Shown: positions 1 through 13,562, counted from the first letter of the whole stretch. The stretch: 63,951 nucleotides of DNA, filler included, from Circinaria calcarea (GCA_051942165.1; 4 parts of 4 records of this genome joined end to end with filler, not necessarily neighbours in it); one strand, 5' to 3'. Numbers and translations: made by a program. Notes: generated by a model from the sequence alone, not told the origin.

Positions 1-1138
1 CCCTTCCTTCCCCATACAACTCCTCCCACGCCCTCTCCCCCTTGACCTTCTCCTCGCGCCTCTCGCGCTTCGTCCGCTCCTCCTCCTTGCGCTGCTTTTG
101 CAGTTTCTCGTTGGCGGCACTGCGGAGGGAGGCGAGGTGCGCGTCGCGGGATTCGCGGAGATGCGTGCTGGAGGCCGGAGGCGGGATCTCGGAAAGGGTC
201 TTTTTAAGGCGGTTAAGGATAGGGTTAGCGCGGGTAAGGATAAGGGTGCGTTTAGTCTATTAGGATGGCGGCCGTCAGTTGAGCAGGTAGGGTTAGTGGG
301 GGATAGGGGTTTACGGGGAGAAAAGGAGAGAGAGGGGAGAATAGGTTACCTTTTTGGGTTCGTGGAAGCTGACCTGGCCGGTTGCCATGCTGCCGTTCTT
401 GAGGAGGTTCGACCAGGGCGTGTAGATTATGGTGACGTTGTCACGTTTGTTGCCTGGTGCGCGGCCGTTAGTCATAAGCCTACCTTAGTAAATCCCCCCA
501 AAGGAGGTCAAAACAGCTATAGCTGGCGGCTTTTTTTTCGTAGATGGTTTGAGGTGAAGATGACGGGAGTTGAAAATGGACGGAGGGCAAAGAGGAACAC
601 TGATAAGGCAAAGATGGAAAAATGGGTTTTCCCACCTTCAATCGAGTTCGCCTTGGTAAGCTGGGCACAGTCTTCCACCAGCGCTGCCGGGATACTGTCC
701 CAGGACTGTCCCGGCTCAAGACGCAGGTAGACGTGGGCGCTGGAGAGGTTGTCGGCGTGAAACTATGCTCAAACCAGGAGCGTGTTGGCCATGCGCGTTC
801 ATCAACGCGCAGAGAGAAGGAGAGGTAGGGATTGGTGGATTCGATGTGTGCAATGAGCTCCCGAGGAGGTGAGGCAAGGAAGCATACCCTATTCCACGCA
901 ATCAGCTTGCTGCTCCAAAAGTACCAAAGAACTGAACAGCTCTGTAGAAGTAGGAGACTTGTTTACCATACATCTTCCTCCCAGCCATACTTGATTAGTT
1001 CTTCGTCTACGGCGTCGCTTTAGCTTTGAGGGTCGTAACCACGAGGAGTCATGATGGAGCTATACTCTCAAACTTGTCTTTACCAACATAGATAGTTGCT
1101 GGAGGATTTACAACGTTGGAAGTGTAATAGTAGACCAT
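1..1138 (-). CDS. CCDC25 / NFACT-R (DUF814) domain protein (yeast Jlp2-like); 3' end runs off the window
   Basis: Spliced translation [52 protein letters not shown]...[46 protein letters not shown] matches the CCDC25 signature. Introns are GT-AG and the C-terminus is a charged coiled coil. Confidence 0.92.
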
Positions 1139-1743
1139 ATTGCTCAGGTTAAGGGGACGATACCTTTGTTCAAGGGACGATATTCTACGTTGAAGGGAGG
1201 CTTCATTTAATTCTTCAAAGTGGAGTTTTCTAAGATGTATCACCGCCACACGTGCTACTTAGTAAACTTATAGAAATTTTCAGTTTATTGCATACCATAC
1301 GTATATCACAGTTTATAGATAGATATCACTGATGTATTGCCAACTCCATTGGTTGCCTCGGCGGTTTTCCATTGTATCCCTGTTGCTTCGAATTTCTAAT
1401 CGCATATGTACAAAGAAAAGAAAATTGTCCCCCAAGTCTATTATCGTAGAGGAGACCACTTTTCCAAGCCAGATAGAAGCTGGTAATAGGAATACCATGA
1501 ATTATGCAAAAGCCGAACTGTATGGTACAAATTAACGAGGCCTTTGATGTGGTCCGATGGATAACAAAACTGCGTTGTCGCATGTAAAGTATGTACTATG
1601 ACACAGCTGAATCGTGCGGATGGAGGTTTACACATTCGGCTCGACTGAAGTCAGGATGGTCGCCCAGCAACCGTGGTTGAATTAAGTCTCAGGCCTTTCG
1701 AGAAAGCTCTAAGATATCGGCCACCGTAAGCGTTTATGATTGG

Positions 1744-4092
1744 TCAACGTACGTTCCACGTTGGCTTCAAAATTTCCATGGTATCATTTCTGGTCCCGAC
1801 CATCTCCTTTGGGATACGGCTTAGACGGTATGCGCCGGCACGAAGGTTGTGTATTTGGGCGGCAGACATAGCGCTGCCGTTGCTCCTTCCACTCCGGATA
1901 CTTCCGGCATCGGAACCGGAATCACTATTCTTAAAACGTGGTGGAGGGGCAAAGTCGAGAGCAGTAAACAAACCAGAATTCCTCAATTGATGACTGCAAT
2001 ACTATATCAGCATGGTTAATAGAGTGAATACCAGACGCGAGACTCACGGGCTGGGCATTACAGTGAGTTCGTCAAACGCAGATGCTAACGGGGTATGCGC
2101 AGGCAGTTGGGGCGAAAATGGTCGTGATTGACTGCGAGGGCTGTCGGGACGACCTGCTTGCCGATCCCGATAAGTAGACGGCGGAGCAAAGTCGATTGGT
2201 GCAAAAAACAAATCTTCCTGAAGCATATGGGGTGTAGGAAGTGTTCGCAGGGGGGCTGGTGGTGGTAAACTTCTAGCCGGTGGGCCACGGCCTGGTGGTC
2301 CAGGACGACCCGAAGCGGAGGAGAATGCTCGCGATCGTGGAGTCGGCATCCCCTGGGGGTTCGACGATCGAGGCTCGTGGCGATTTGGACCTTGAAAACG
2401 AGGAGGACCACGGGGTGGCGGTGTCATTGCACGTCGTGTAACAGGCTCGGCATAGGGAGCATGTGCGACAACGAATCGACCGGATCTTGGATCAAAGACC
2501 GTTCCGTCGCCCTGAAACTCTTCCCCGTAGTCTTCATAGTATACTTCAGGTTTAGGTGCATATGCTTTTGCGGGTTTCGAGTCGTCAAAGTATTCTTTGT
2601 AAAAGGATCTGATGCGGTTTGCTCGCTGTTCCGGATTGTCGGTAGGATCGTCAGGCGGAAGTGGTCTCAGTATTGACATTCGTCCAGAGTCCATGTCAAT
2701 TTCTAAGCCAGGAGCCCCGAGTGACGCAGCGGTTGGCTCGTGGCTCATCACACCAGGAGTATAGAAAGGTGTAGACTGCCCGCTGCCGGGCATGGAGAGG
2801 TTATGGTCCTGAATCTTAGTTGCTACAGGATGCGATTCTGTGATGGGATAATGTTTGGGGTTTGATAATGGCCCCCCTTGATTTTCGGGTTCTTTGTACA
2901 TGTTTGTCGGTTCCTGATCCAAATGACCCATTTGGGGTTGCAAAGATTGTTTTTTCTGTGGTGGTTGAACAACGCCATTGACCGTGATCGTTGGGGGTAA
3001 CGATTTGCGAGCCACTGTTGTTTGCAAAGGTACTTCCGTAGACCGCTCATGATCTTTTTGGGATATAGATTGAACTCCTCGGTCGACCGATGGAACCCCA
3101 CTGTGGATGAAGGATCCTAGATAGTTATTACTGCTGCGAAGAGCTACACCGGCCTGGTCTATAATCGAATCCTGCGATCCGGCACGACCGCTTTGAGTAG
3201 TATCAGCATCCCGCGAGATGGGGGAATATGTGGTCTGGGAGACTCCGACTGTAGTAGGGTTCGCCCTAACAGGAGGAGGAACCAGGATAGATGCTTCTGA
3301 GCTGCGTTGGGTAGGTGGCATAGATCTGGACATCCGTTGAGCATTGCGGAGCAGGTTTTGGTTCATACTGTCCTGTTTGTAGCCATGACCACTCGAAGCA
3401 GTATAGCTCGATGAATCATCGGCAGTACGCGTGGATCTTTGAGAAGCTGTAACTGACGTATCATTCGGAATGAAAGTGGTGGCAGGCCGATAACGATCAT
3501 CCCCGTTGTTTTTATTTCGAGACAGAGAATGTATTGATTCTCCAGAGTCCTGCAAACCACCGGGTAGTAGATATGGGTTCCCCATGTCCATCGACATGCC
3601 ACGACCTCGACGCATTGACTTTTCTGTAACTCCCATTTCTGGCCGATTCGACTTGTTCTTTTTACCGTTCACCATCGGCGTATCAGAAGGATCCGTGCCA
3701 AAGTCCAATGACTTATGCTTGTCATTGGCATCTTCAATCCGTTGTTTCTTGATGTGGCGTCGATGGAGAACCAGAATTATGACGAGTGCTATCGTAAGAG
3801 GTACCCTTTATTTCAGTCAGTAGAGTGACAACACGAGCAATGTATAGATGACATACGCAACACCCACTGCAATCGGTATCGTGGTATTAACTGTGGAAGA
3901 AACTTCATAGGTACATCCGGACTCGGATGCACAAGAAGTGGATGCTGCTGCATCTCGACGGCTAAGGTCTGGTAGCTGGAACCAAGTTCTGTCTGAAATA
4001 CGTTCCACCAATGCTGGTTGCATAGGAGGGAGCGGTACTGCGACCCGCCTTTCGAGGTGAAGGTGAGCATGGCGACGGTGGGATGAAGCCAT
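1744..4092 (-). CDS. Single-pass membrane protein with a long Pro/Ser-rich cytoplasmic tail, Skg6/Tos2-like polarity protein
   Basis: Three exons give TM segment IPIAVGVAVPLTIALVIILVLHRRH, then DKHKSLDFG, the conserved RANRIRSFYKEYFD motif and PSPHQLRNSGLFTALDFAPP. Introns at ~3808-3858 and 1994-2047. Confidence 0.7.
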
Positions 4093-5209
4093 GATGAGAC
4101 GCAATTCTGCCCTATGGGCCAGTTGCCAGATGCTGAATGCTAGCGATGAATGTTATTAGGATGATGCAATTGTTGCTATTGCATAGCGATCTGCGTGTGA
4201 TTTAGTATTAAGTGTTCGCGATCGAGGATTGATCAACAAAGGTCGAGCGTGATTCGGTGAAATCGTAAACAATTGTTGCTTTCGAAAATGAGTGTTGACG
4301 AACGAAGACAACCGCAAAGAGTGACTGGACCTTTGAGTAAAGAGCGTGGAGTGGACGATGCCAGAGACAGGAAAGTAAAAAGGAGCGTGGGACCACGAGC
4401 GTGGACGTTGGACCGTGGAGGAGGTAGTAAAAGTAATAAGAATAAGGTGAAGTGCGGCCGCAGCGGAGGAACGGGATGAGATGGGATTGGGGTCGGCGCG
4501 GCTGCTGAGTCCTCCCGATAGGCTCGTCTATTTTCTTGAAAGTAAAAGGGGTGCCGCTACTCACACAAGCCTTCCAGCCCCAACGCCTTTCCACCACTCA
4601 TCTCGCGTTTCATCTCTACCGTCATCTTAAGAGCCTCATTTTAATTTGCGGCACACCTTAGCGATGATGTAGATGCTACCTCGCGTGCTCGGCTTATTAT
4701 AGGTACCAAGGCTACAAGGTTTCATCATTTCAGGTACGGAGTATGGTGCTGCTGCTTGGTCTCGTTAAGGGAAAGGTGAAGCTCTTGATCTCTGTAATCT
4801 CTGACCTAAAATACTAGTGCCACTCTGCCTTACTGTGGTAAGCTTCTGATTGACGGTGCTAAAACCACCATCAAAAGAACACGGCAGTAGGAGGAGAGGT
4901 CAGGGAAGGGACCGTGGGCAAACCAACTGTTTAGTTGCATGGGCATTCCTCACATCTTGAAGGGATATGACGAAACGTGAGATTATGGCCGTTGAGACCT
5001 AACCTGAAGTGTCGTGCGTATTCCTGTTGGCTACTAGACTTAGAGGATCGGCCGGTAGCTACGACAACTCTTGATTACCATAAGGCGATGGCAACGTTGA
5101 AAGCGGCAGGTTTGACATGATAGCAGCTCAATAAGCTACTAAACTTTAGGGTATCGTAAGGATCTTCAGAAGTTCCAAAAAAAAAGAGGAACCGCTATCA
5201 CTAACATGA

Positions 5210-6500
5210 CTACCACAATAACAGTACACCACAGAGAAGGGCAGTATACAACCAAATCACCTTACTGAAAGGAATACAGTCCACCAAACTTTTGACTCCG
5301 CTCTGTGTTAAGCCGATAGCGGTCGGGGTATTGGCAGCCAAAGAAGCCTGGTTCAGCGATGATACAGCGCTTCTTAATGATGCTGCTGCGCGTGACAGAC
5401 TGGCTTCTAGAGAAGCGAGGCTATCGCTAGAGGTGGTGGCGGTGGTTGAAACGCGTGATGTTGTTGTCGTAGGCAATGGAGTTGGCGTGGTAGCGGCTTC
5501 CGCGGTTGAGGAATCAGGTGAGCTTGAGGAATCGGGTGAGCTTGAAGCGGGAGCGAATGGCGGAGGGCTCGAGGTAAGAGCAACAACTGATGCTGTTGTT
5601 GGAGTAGCTACCACTGAAGTATCAGCCTTTGAAACTGGGGATTCTAATGGTGTAGGACTCGGGGCGGGAATCGAGGGTGTCAATGGAGATGGGGCGAGAC
5701 TCGGAGGGATAGATGTCGGCGGGTTATTGTCGGAGGCTTTGGGAGCCACCGACGATGTGCCATCCGCCATGCTCATAGGCGCAACTGACGTACTTGTATC
5801 CACGATGGGGTCGGTCGCCAATGCCGTCCCACCTGAGCCCGATATGAAGTAACCGCTATCACCCGATCCGCAAATACCACCGGGACAGCAGCCCGCTCGG
5901 CCTCTGTAAATAACGCATCGGTTTCCATCTTTGCAGTATCCCCAGCCCCTACAACACTCCGCCCCCTGTGGTGCACACCCTCTGTTGTCGCCGCCACAGC
6001 AAAAGAATCCGGCATCGCAGGAATTGCCATCCGAACAGCACGCGCTTCCGGTAGGTATGCAGCCTGTTTCACAGCAACGGGTTCCAGATAGACAGCTGTG
6101 ACCGTATGTGCAGCAGCGACCTCCTGGCGGGACACAACTATTGGAACAACAGCGATTGTCCGATGGGCAACATCCTCTGTTATCTGCTGATTGTCAGGCA
6201 TAAACTTTTTTCATCTTGATGCAGCATTATCATACTGTCGCAATAACCGTAGCCAGCGTCACAAGTTCGCTGGCGTGCGAAAATTCTATGGACGTCTATA
6301 GCTCCTGTTGAGTTCAAAGGGTTCTGTTTCTCTGCACTTAGGCGAGGCGAAAAGAACGGAATCGCAGCATCATCACGAATGACCAAGTCTGCGTTGACGA
6401 CGTTGCAAAGCCAAAGAGAAAAGAAAATGGGGTAGATAAAGAAAGCAGAGTAAGTAATAATAGGAGTTTGACGTTTGAGCATTGCTATCATGGCTACCAT
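5210..6500 (-). CDS. Secreted, probably GPI-anchored protein: Cys-rich repeat domain plus Ser/Thr/Pro stalk
   Basis: Hydrophobic N-terminal leader. Intron 6184-6235 (GTATGA...CTGAC...CAG) joins a frame with 26 Cys (CCPSDNRCCSNSCVPPGGRCC...), followed by an S/T/P-rich stalk and a hydrophobic C-terminus VIWLYTALLCGVLLLW. Confidence 0.85.
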
Positions 6501-8297
6501 AGCTTTCGCTGAGCTGGGCTCCCAAATTGCAGAACGGTAGTACCAGACAGTAAAAAGATATAGCGCGAGTTGAGCCTGATTAAAGTAAACATTTCTGATA
6601 CCCCTTTATTTCACGGGTTGAAAGAGACCCCATGTTGCTATGACTGACAAGTAACTCGTATTTCTGCCTCGCGCGTGATGTCCCGCCCCGCCAAGATCTC
6701 ACAAGAACCATCAACTAAAGGGCGATAGCAGGACTAGCTGCGCCATTCCGGTTTTACTCACTCAACTCGGTTTAGAAGCGGAAAGCAGGATTAGACGTTG
6801 CAGGATGCCTGTGCTGCACACGGCATATCTTGGGGATGGCTGTGTTAGCTACGGCCAACCCTGATGTGAAAGAAGTCTCACCAGCCTGAGTGGCGTCAGA
6901 TGTGCCAGCTTGGCGCATGGCTAATTTGCCGCTTAGGCAGCAAACCAGCATTATTGTAGAGGTGCAATTTCTGAACCATTACTAGGTAGGCACTGTTCTG
7001 CGAGTAGCACAACGATAAATCCGAGGAGACCCTCGTATTCTATAGATAAATACTCGAGAAAAGCAATTAACGTTGGCTCTCATGGTTGTGACAGCTTTGA
7101 CTTAAGGTTTAAGATCCCCTGCATAGCGGGATCGAAAACCTAAGTCTATATTTAAATCTAGCGAGCTTCCGCATGACCAAAAGACGATATACAAGAGGTA
7201 CTCCTATTCCATTATTCGCTGCTGGTCTTTGCAGAGTAGCAGTTAGGGAGTACACCGGCTTCCCGGAGCATCGTCCATCATACTCCTAATCTGGTAACAC
7301 CTCAAGGCGTTACGTCCTCAAAGACGTCTCCACCCACATTAGACAGCAACTGGACTAATTCTCCGTGCCATTCAGTCATTGTTACAGGATCCACTAGGAT
7401 GTCTTATCCCGCTCAGGCTTCTGTCAAAATGCTTAGCCTAGATCAAAAGCCTGCCCCTTAAGCCCGGAGGTAGGTTTAGCTTTAGAGATCTATTGGTTGC
7501 AGCCACTCTCCATTTGTAGCCCCTAGAATGGCAAGCCCATGGCTTAGCTATAGGATAAAGGAATCAGTTTTGCTGTAATAAACAAACGACTTGCTAAGCT
7601 TCTTCTAGCGGAGAAGTCAGGTGAAGCATGGTTTACATCGATTCTTGCAGAGGATATGTCGAAGTAGAGGGGTATAATCTAGTACTCTGATCTTACAACT
7701 ACTGCCCATGCTTGATTACTTCCTGATCTGATCCGAGGCGACTGTTGTTACTATGGTGGAAGATGACTGATGCTCAAGAGCAAAGAAAGATAAATAAGAA
7801 ACTGCATTTCCTGTGTTACGCCTAGGCTGAATGGATGAATGCTCACTGGTTGAAGGTTCGGTACTCCGTAAGATGCGTTGTCTCGGGCCGTAATTATCGG
7901 CGATCTCGGCATAACACATTCCGCCCTCATTTAGATATCGACTTGGAACAACGCGAGTGCTGGCGAATCACTTCACGCAAACGGGTAATGGACAGCTTCT
8001 GTTCAGTACAACCCTTACCCAGACTCTTCACGTCTTCCTCTTCATAGTGACTACACAGGCTTCCGTGACGACTGAGTTATTAAGCAGTGCCTTAGGACCA
8101 CTACACCCTGTGCTCATCCTTTTAACCCCACCAGACCGGCTTTCAAAGCCCCGCTGTGAGAACACTGCAAGACTTACCTGGTCGCCAACACCAAGAGAGT
8201 ATCGAGACACTGACAAAAGGCGTTTATACCGTGGCCTAGTACGTCGAAGAAATACACAACTGCACATAAGAGCTCAGGTCAAACACCGTCGCCCAAG

Positions 8298-11200
8298 ATG
8301 GCGATGTCGGTGGAAGAGCTGGATACGACAGTGCGGGCGTTCTATGAAAGTCGAGGGGAAATCGTAAGTAGACCCGAAGCCGTGTGATGCTTAAGAAGCT
8401 CGAAATTCTGGAATCGTTGGCTAAAACATTAAACGTTATAGCAAAAGCAAGCTCAAGCTACCATGAACCAGGTATTTATCTCTACCGCGAAACTCACCTG
8501 CCATATACTGTGGTCTAACGTGGTCATTCTACAGTTCAAAGAGAACCCGGACGCATGGTTATTAGTGGACAAGATCCTACAAGAAGCTACATACCCCCAG
8601 ACAAAGTGTAGGATTATTAGGCTCGTAAGCTTATTTGGCGAACTGCACTGACTAGGCATAGATCTCGGCCTACAGGTCTTGGACAGTGTGATAATGACGA
8701 GATGGAAGGTGTTGCCACGAGAACAATGTCAAGGTGAGTGCGCATCTTGAACGTATCGCACTCCCTCTAATCTAGGAGCAAGGAATCCGTAACTTTGTTG
8801 TCAACTTCATCATAGAAAGTTCAAGCTCCGAAGAGAGTCTCAGGACCCAACGAACATTTCTCAACAAGCTGAATCTGGTCCTGGTATCCATCTTAAAACA
8901 AGAATGGCCACATAACTGGCCAACCTTTATCAACGAGATAATCTCATCATGCCATTCCAGCCTATCGATCTGCGAGAACAACATGGCCATCCTACGACTC
9001 CTGTCTGAAGAGGTCTTTGATTATTCCGCAGACCAAATGACTTCGGTAAAGACCAAAAACTTGAAGAACACTATGTCTACGGAATTTGCTTCAATCTTCC
9101 AGCTTTGTTCTGAGGTGCTGAATACGGCTAATCAGGCAAGCTTGATCAAAGCTACCCTTGAGACTCTACTCCGCTTCCTGAACTGGATCCCTCTGGGGTA
9201 CATATTCGAGACACCGATCATCGAAACATTGCGGACAAGATTCCTAAAGACACCGGAGTTCCGAAATATCACATTAAAGTGTCTGACCGAAATTGGCGGT
9301 GTGCAGATCGGTCCGCAGTTCTCGTATGATGAGAAGCTTGTCCAGATGTTTACGGAAGTGATTACCACGGTTTCGGAGATTATCCCTCTGAGCATTAGCT
9401 TAAAGGATACCTACCCCAAGAGTAACTCCCGAGATCAGGAATTCGTTCAGAACTTAGCCCTTTTCCTCTGTAACTTCTTTACAATGCACCTAAATGTAAG
9501 TTCTTGGTCTTCTACCTTGATGAGTCATTCGGCTGATTCCAGCAGGTCATCGAAAACCTCCCGAACCGCGATTATCTCACGCACTCTCATTTCTATCTCA
9601 TACGCATATCTCAGATAGATGACCGCGAGATATTCAAGATATGCCTAGAGTATTGGACAAAGTTAGTGCAAGAGCTGTATGAAGAGATGCAGCAATTACC
9701 AATCACAGACATTAATCCTCTCATCAACATGGGGGTAAGTGGACTGTCAAACGGTGGTGCTCCTCATCCGAACGTGCTTGCCAATTATCCGTTACGCAAG
9801 CACAAGTATAATGAAGTGCTCACAAACTTACGGCAAGTCATGATCGAGCGAATGGTAAAACCCGAAGAAGTCCTGGTTGTCGAGAATGATGAAGGTGAAA
9901 TTGTGCGGGAACATGTGAAGGAGAGTGATACTATTCAGCTGTATAAGACTACTCGAGAATGCCTTGTTTACCTTACGCATCTTGATGTAGTGGATACAGA
10001 GACGATCATGTCAGAAAAGCTAGCGCGACAAGTCGATGGCACGGAGTGGTCTTGGGTCAACTGCAACACCTTATGCTGGGCCATTGGTTCGATCTCAGGT
10101 GCTATGAACGAAGAGACTGAGAAACGCTTTCTGGTTACCGTCATCAAGGACTTGCTTGGACTGACGGAGATGAAGCGGGGAAAGGACAACAAAGCAGTAG
10201 TGGCAAGCAATATCATGTACATTGTTGGCCAATACCCTCGATTTCTCAAGGCTCACTGGAAGTTCTTGAAGACTGTGGTCAACAAGCTCTTTGAATTCAT
10301 GCACGAGACTCATGAAGGTACGGTCTTTCTTTTGCCATTTACTCGGCTTCTGTTGCTTACCTGCCAACAGGGGTTCAAGATATGGCATGTGACACTTTCA
10401 TCAAGATCGCTAACAAGTGCAAACGTCACTTTGTCGCCCTCCAGCCCGGCGAGAGCGAGCCATTCATCGAAGAAATCGTGCGAACCATGGGGAAGATTAC
10501 CAACGATCTGACCCCCCAGCAAGTGCATACCTTCTATGAGGCATGTGGGTATATGATCTCCGCGCAGGGCCAGAAGAGTACCCAAGAGAGATTGATCCAA
10601 GAGCTCATGTCCCTTCCCAATCAAGCGGTATGTTTCCACCTTTGCTGAAACTGGATAGAAGCTGATCCTTTGTTAGTGGGATCAAATTATTTCTTCCGCC
10701 AACCAGGATCCCTCTATCCTGCAAGATGGCGATACTATCAAGGTGGTGGGTAACATCATGAAAACTAATGTTGCTGCTTGCTCGTCGATAGGTAGCTACT
10801 TCTATCCCCAGATCGGACGTATATATCTTGATATGCTGTCAATGTACCGTGCTACAAGCCAGATGATCTCGGACGCAGTACAGAGAGAGGGTTTGTTTCT
10901 ACGACTGTATATCGTGCTTACATCAGGTACTAACTTCAATAGGTGTCAATGCCACAAAGACCCCCAAGGTACGGGGGCTACGGACGATTAAGAAGGAGAT
11001 TCTCAAACTCATCGACATCTACGTTCAAAAAGCCGATGATCTCGAGATGGTCAATACCAACATCGTTCCTGCGCTTCTGGACGCAGTATTGGTTGACTAC
11101 AACCGAAATGATCCCGACGCAAGAGATGCGGAAGTCTTGAATGTGATGACTACCATTATTGCGAAGCTACATGTACGTTGGACCCCTCATAGGTCAAGAT

Positions 11201-12151
11201 ACTCGGTCAGGACCGTTTTCTTGACGTCGTATAGCCCAAAACTGACAAGCAACAGAGCCTTATGGAGGATAAAGTACCAACCATAATGGAGAACGTATTC
11301 GAATGCACCCTTGAAATGATCAACAAGGACTTCTCCGAGTATCCTGATCACCGTGTTGAATTTTTCAAGCTTTTGAAAGCCATCAATCTCTACTGCTTTC
11401 CGGCACTCCTCAAGTTGGACGGGCGGCAGTTCAAGTTTGTCATCGACTCCTGCATGTGGGCAAGCAAACACGATAATCGCGAAGTCGAGAGTACTGGACT
11501 CACAATGTGCATTGAACTCTTGGATAACATGGCCGAGAACACGGACCGACAAACCTCCAGCATGTTTTTCCAGTCGTTCTTTATTACTATTCTGCAAGAC
11601 GTCTTCTTTGTTTTGACTGATACCGATCACAAAGCTGGTATGCCTCAAAGCTGATACTATTGACCACGGCTTACTAAGAGGTCTCTAGGGTTTAAATCGC
11701 AGTCTATGTTACTAGCACGAATGTTCTACTTTATTGAGTCGGGAAAGATCAGCGAGCCCATCTACACTCCGGAACAAGCTCAGCTCGGTACCTCGAACAA
11801 GGACTTCCTCCGTGGTTTCGTTGGAAACCTGCTCCAGACAGCATTTCCCAATCTACAGCCGTAGGTAGTCCCTAACATACGCAAAGGTGTAGTCCTGCTT
11901 ACCATAACAGAATACAAATACAACAATTTGTCGAGGGTCTATTCATCTACAATAGCGACATCAACCGATTCAAGACCAACCTCCGCGATTTCCTCATCCA
12001 ACTAAAAGAGTTCTCTGGCGACAATGCAGAGCTCTATGCAGACGACCGAGAACAGGAACTGAAAGCAGCTCAAGCCGCGGAGAGAGAGCGCGCGTCCAAG
12101 GTCGGAGGTCTATTAAAGCCCGCGGAGATAGATCAGGATGATGAGCTGTGA
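8298..12151 (+). CDS. CRM1: Exportin-1 (CRM1/Xpo1/KapK)
   Basis: [17 protein letters not shown]..., [78 protein letters not shown] and C-terminal [16 protein letters not shown]. Multi-exon with canonical introns. Confidence 0.98.
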
Positions 12152-12720
12152 CTCGAGAAGGAGCTTCGGTCAGAATACGCTACCTATCTCACGAGTGAAA
12201 AACGAGGATCTACGCATGGTATGCACTGTGCGCCAACAAAGGAAGTCGCCAAACCAGACGGACTTGATGGTTGGGATCTGTATGGGTTGTGAGTCAGGAT
12301 CATTTGCAACCCATAACCAGAATTGGTATTGAAGACTCGCATCGTCATCAACCATGGTCGCTGATATCGCGTAGAGTGCTTATGGACAGTGCATTCAAGA
12401 GATTCCGACGATTCCAATGCATCATGCTAACTATTCGTGCCATGTGTTCCCTGCGAATACCTAGGTTGGGAAGTAATTGAAGGTGGAAAACATCTGGCAC
12501 GAGGATATCCAGGGCCCAAAACCGTGCATGGCCATTTCGTCTCAGTTCCTGTAATAACAGATAGAGATAAAGACTTTCGAATGTACGTGATTTTTGTCTA
12601 CTGTGGTATCTCAGAAATAGTAACTCGTAATTGGGAAAGGTGTAACTGAAATCTCGAATCCCATTAGTCGCCTTGTACATCATCTGATATTGCGTCTACT
12701 ATCGCGTGAAAGCCCCGAAT

Positions 12721-13562
12721 CTACTTCACAGCCTCAACGAACAACTCCCTCATTCCCTTCAGAAACGCCGCCAGATCCCTGGTCTCGTTCAGTCGTTCCA
12801 CGCATCTCTCTACCTTCTCCCCTTCTAGCTTCGGCCGCGCACAATCCACACTGTAATCCCGCCTCTCCGTATTCAACTCAAACCAGCCTTCCCGCTCCCA
12901 GTCCCTCTCGTCAATATGCGTGAAGACGAATTTCAGCCGATCCACCATGCCCGCGCCCTCGATCCTCAATCCCAGATACGACGTCCAAAAGTCGAGCTCG
13001 GGTGTATTCTGCTGTTCTTGGCTGCTCAGGTAGAGCGAATGCGCCTGTTGGGCGGCGAGGCGCTGGTTGATAGAGGCTTGCACGGCAGCGATACGGGAGA
13101 GAAGGTGGGCGCGGTGGGAGGTCAGGGTGGTTTGGTGCGCGGTAAGGGACGCGATGGTGGTTTGGATCTCGGCGGTTTCGGCGGCTTGGGAGGTGAGGAG
13201 ATGGGTGTGGGCTTGGGTTTTTTGGTGCAAGATGGAGAGGGAGTGTGATTTCAGGCGGTGGTCCTCTGCGGCGAAGGTTGGTTAGATTTAGGTCGGGGAA
13301 AATAGGGTGAGGTGGAGAGGGGGAGTATACCTTCTAGTTCAGCAACGTTCATTCGGAACTGATTGCGCTCTTCTAGGACGCGTTTACGGCCTTCGGCGAT
13401 AAAATCATCAAAGCGGTGGGTGAAGCGCGCCATGCGCTCGCGGAGCTCGTCGAAGCCAAAGTTTATGGAGGGGAGAGAATCGGCCATTGAGGGTGCGCTG
13501 CTGGAGGAGAGAGGTGGGCGCATGGTGCTGGTTGAGAGGGAGGGCTCGAAGAGAGTCGCCAT
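12721..13562 (-). CDS. SPC25: Kinetochore Ndc80-complex subunit Spc25
   Basis: SLPSINFGFDELRERMARFTHRFDDFI coiled coil and RWD head PELDFWTSYLGLRIEGAG..DRLKFVFTHIDERDWERE..FLKGMRELF. One intron ~13267-13330. Confidence 0.93.

Noticed and set aside
98..730. 210-aa plus-strand ORF and many similar antisense ORFs (e.g. 5292-5852, 43122-43757, 45466-46128)
   Set aside because: Shadows of real genes on the opposite strand, with no independent motifs.
7112..7132. GATCCC...GGGATC inverted repeat in the GPI-gene/CRM1 intergenic region
   Set aside because: A 6-bp stem is within chance expectation, with no tRNA or MITE structure around it.
8172..8182. ACTTACCTGG, resembling the U1 snRNA 5' end (also at ~27166)
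   Set aside because: No U1 stem-loops or Sm site follow. The 27166 copy is just the reverse complement of an SDH6 splice donor.
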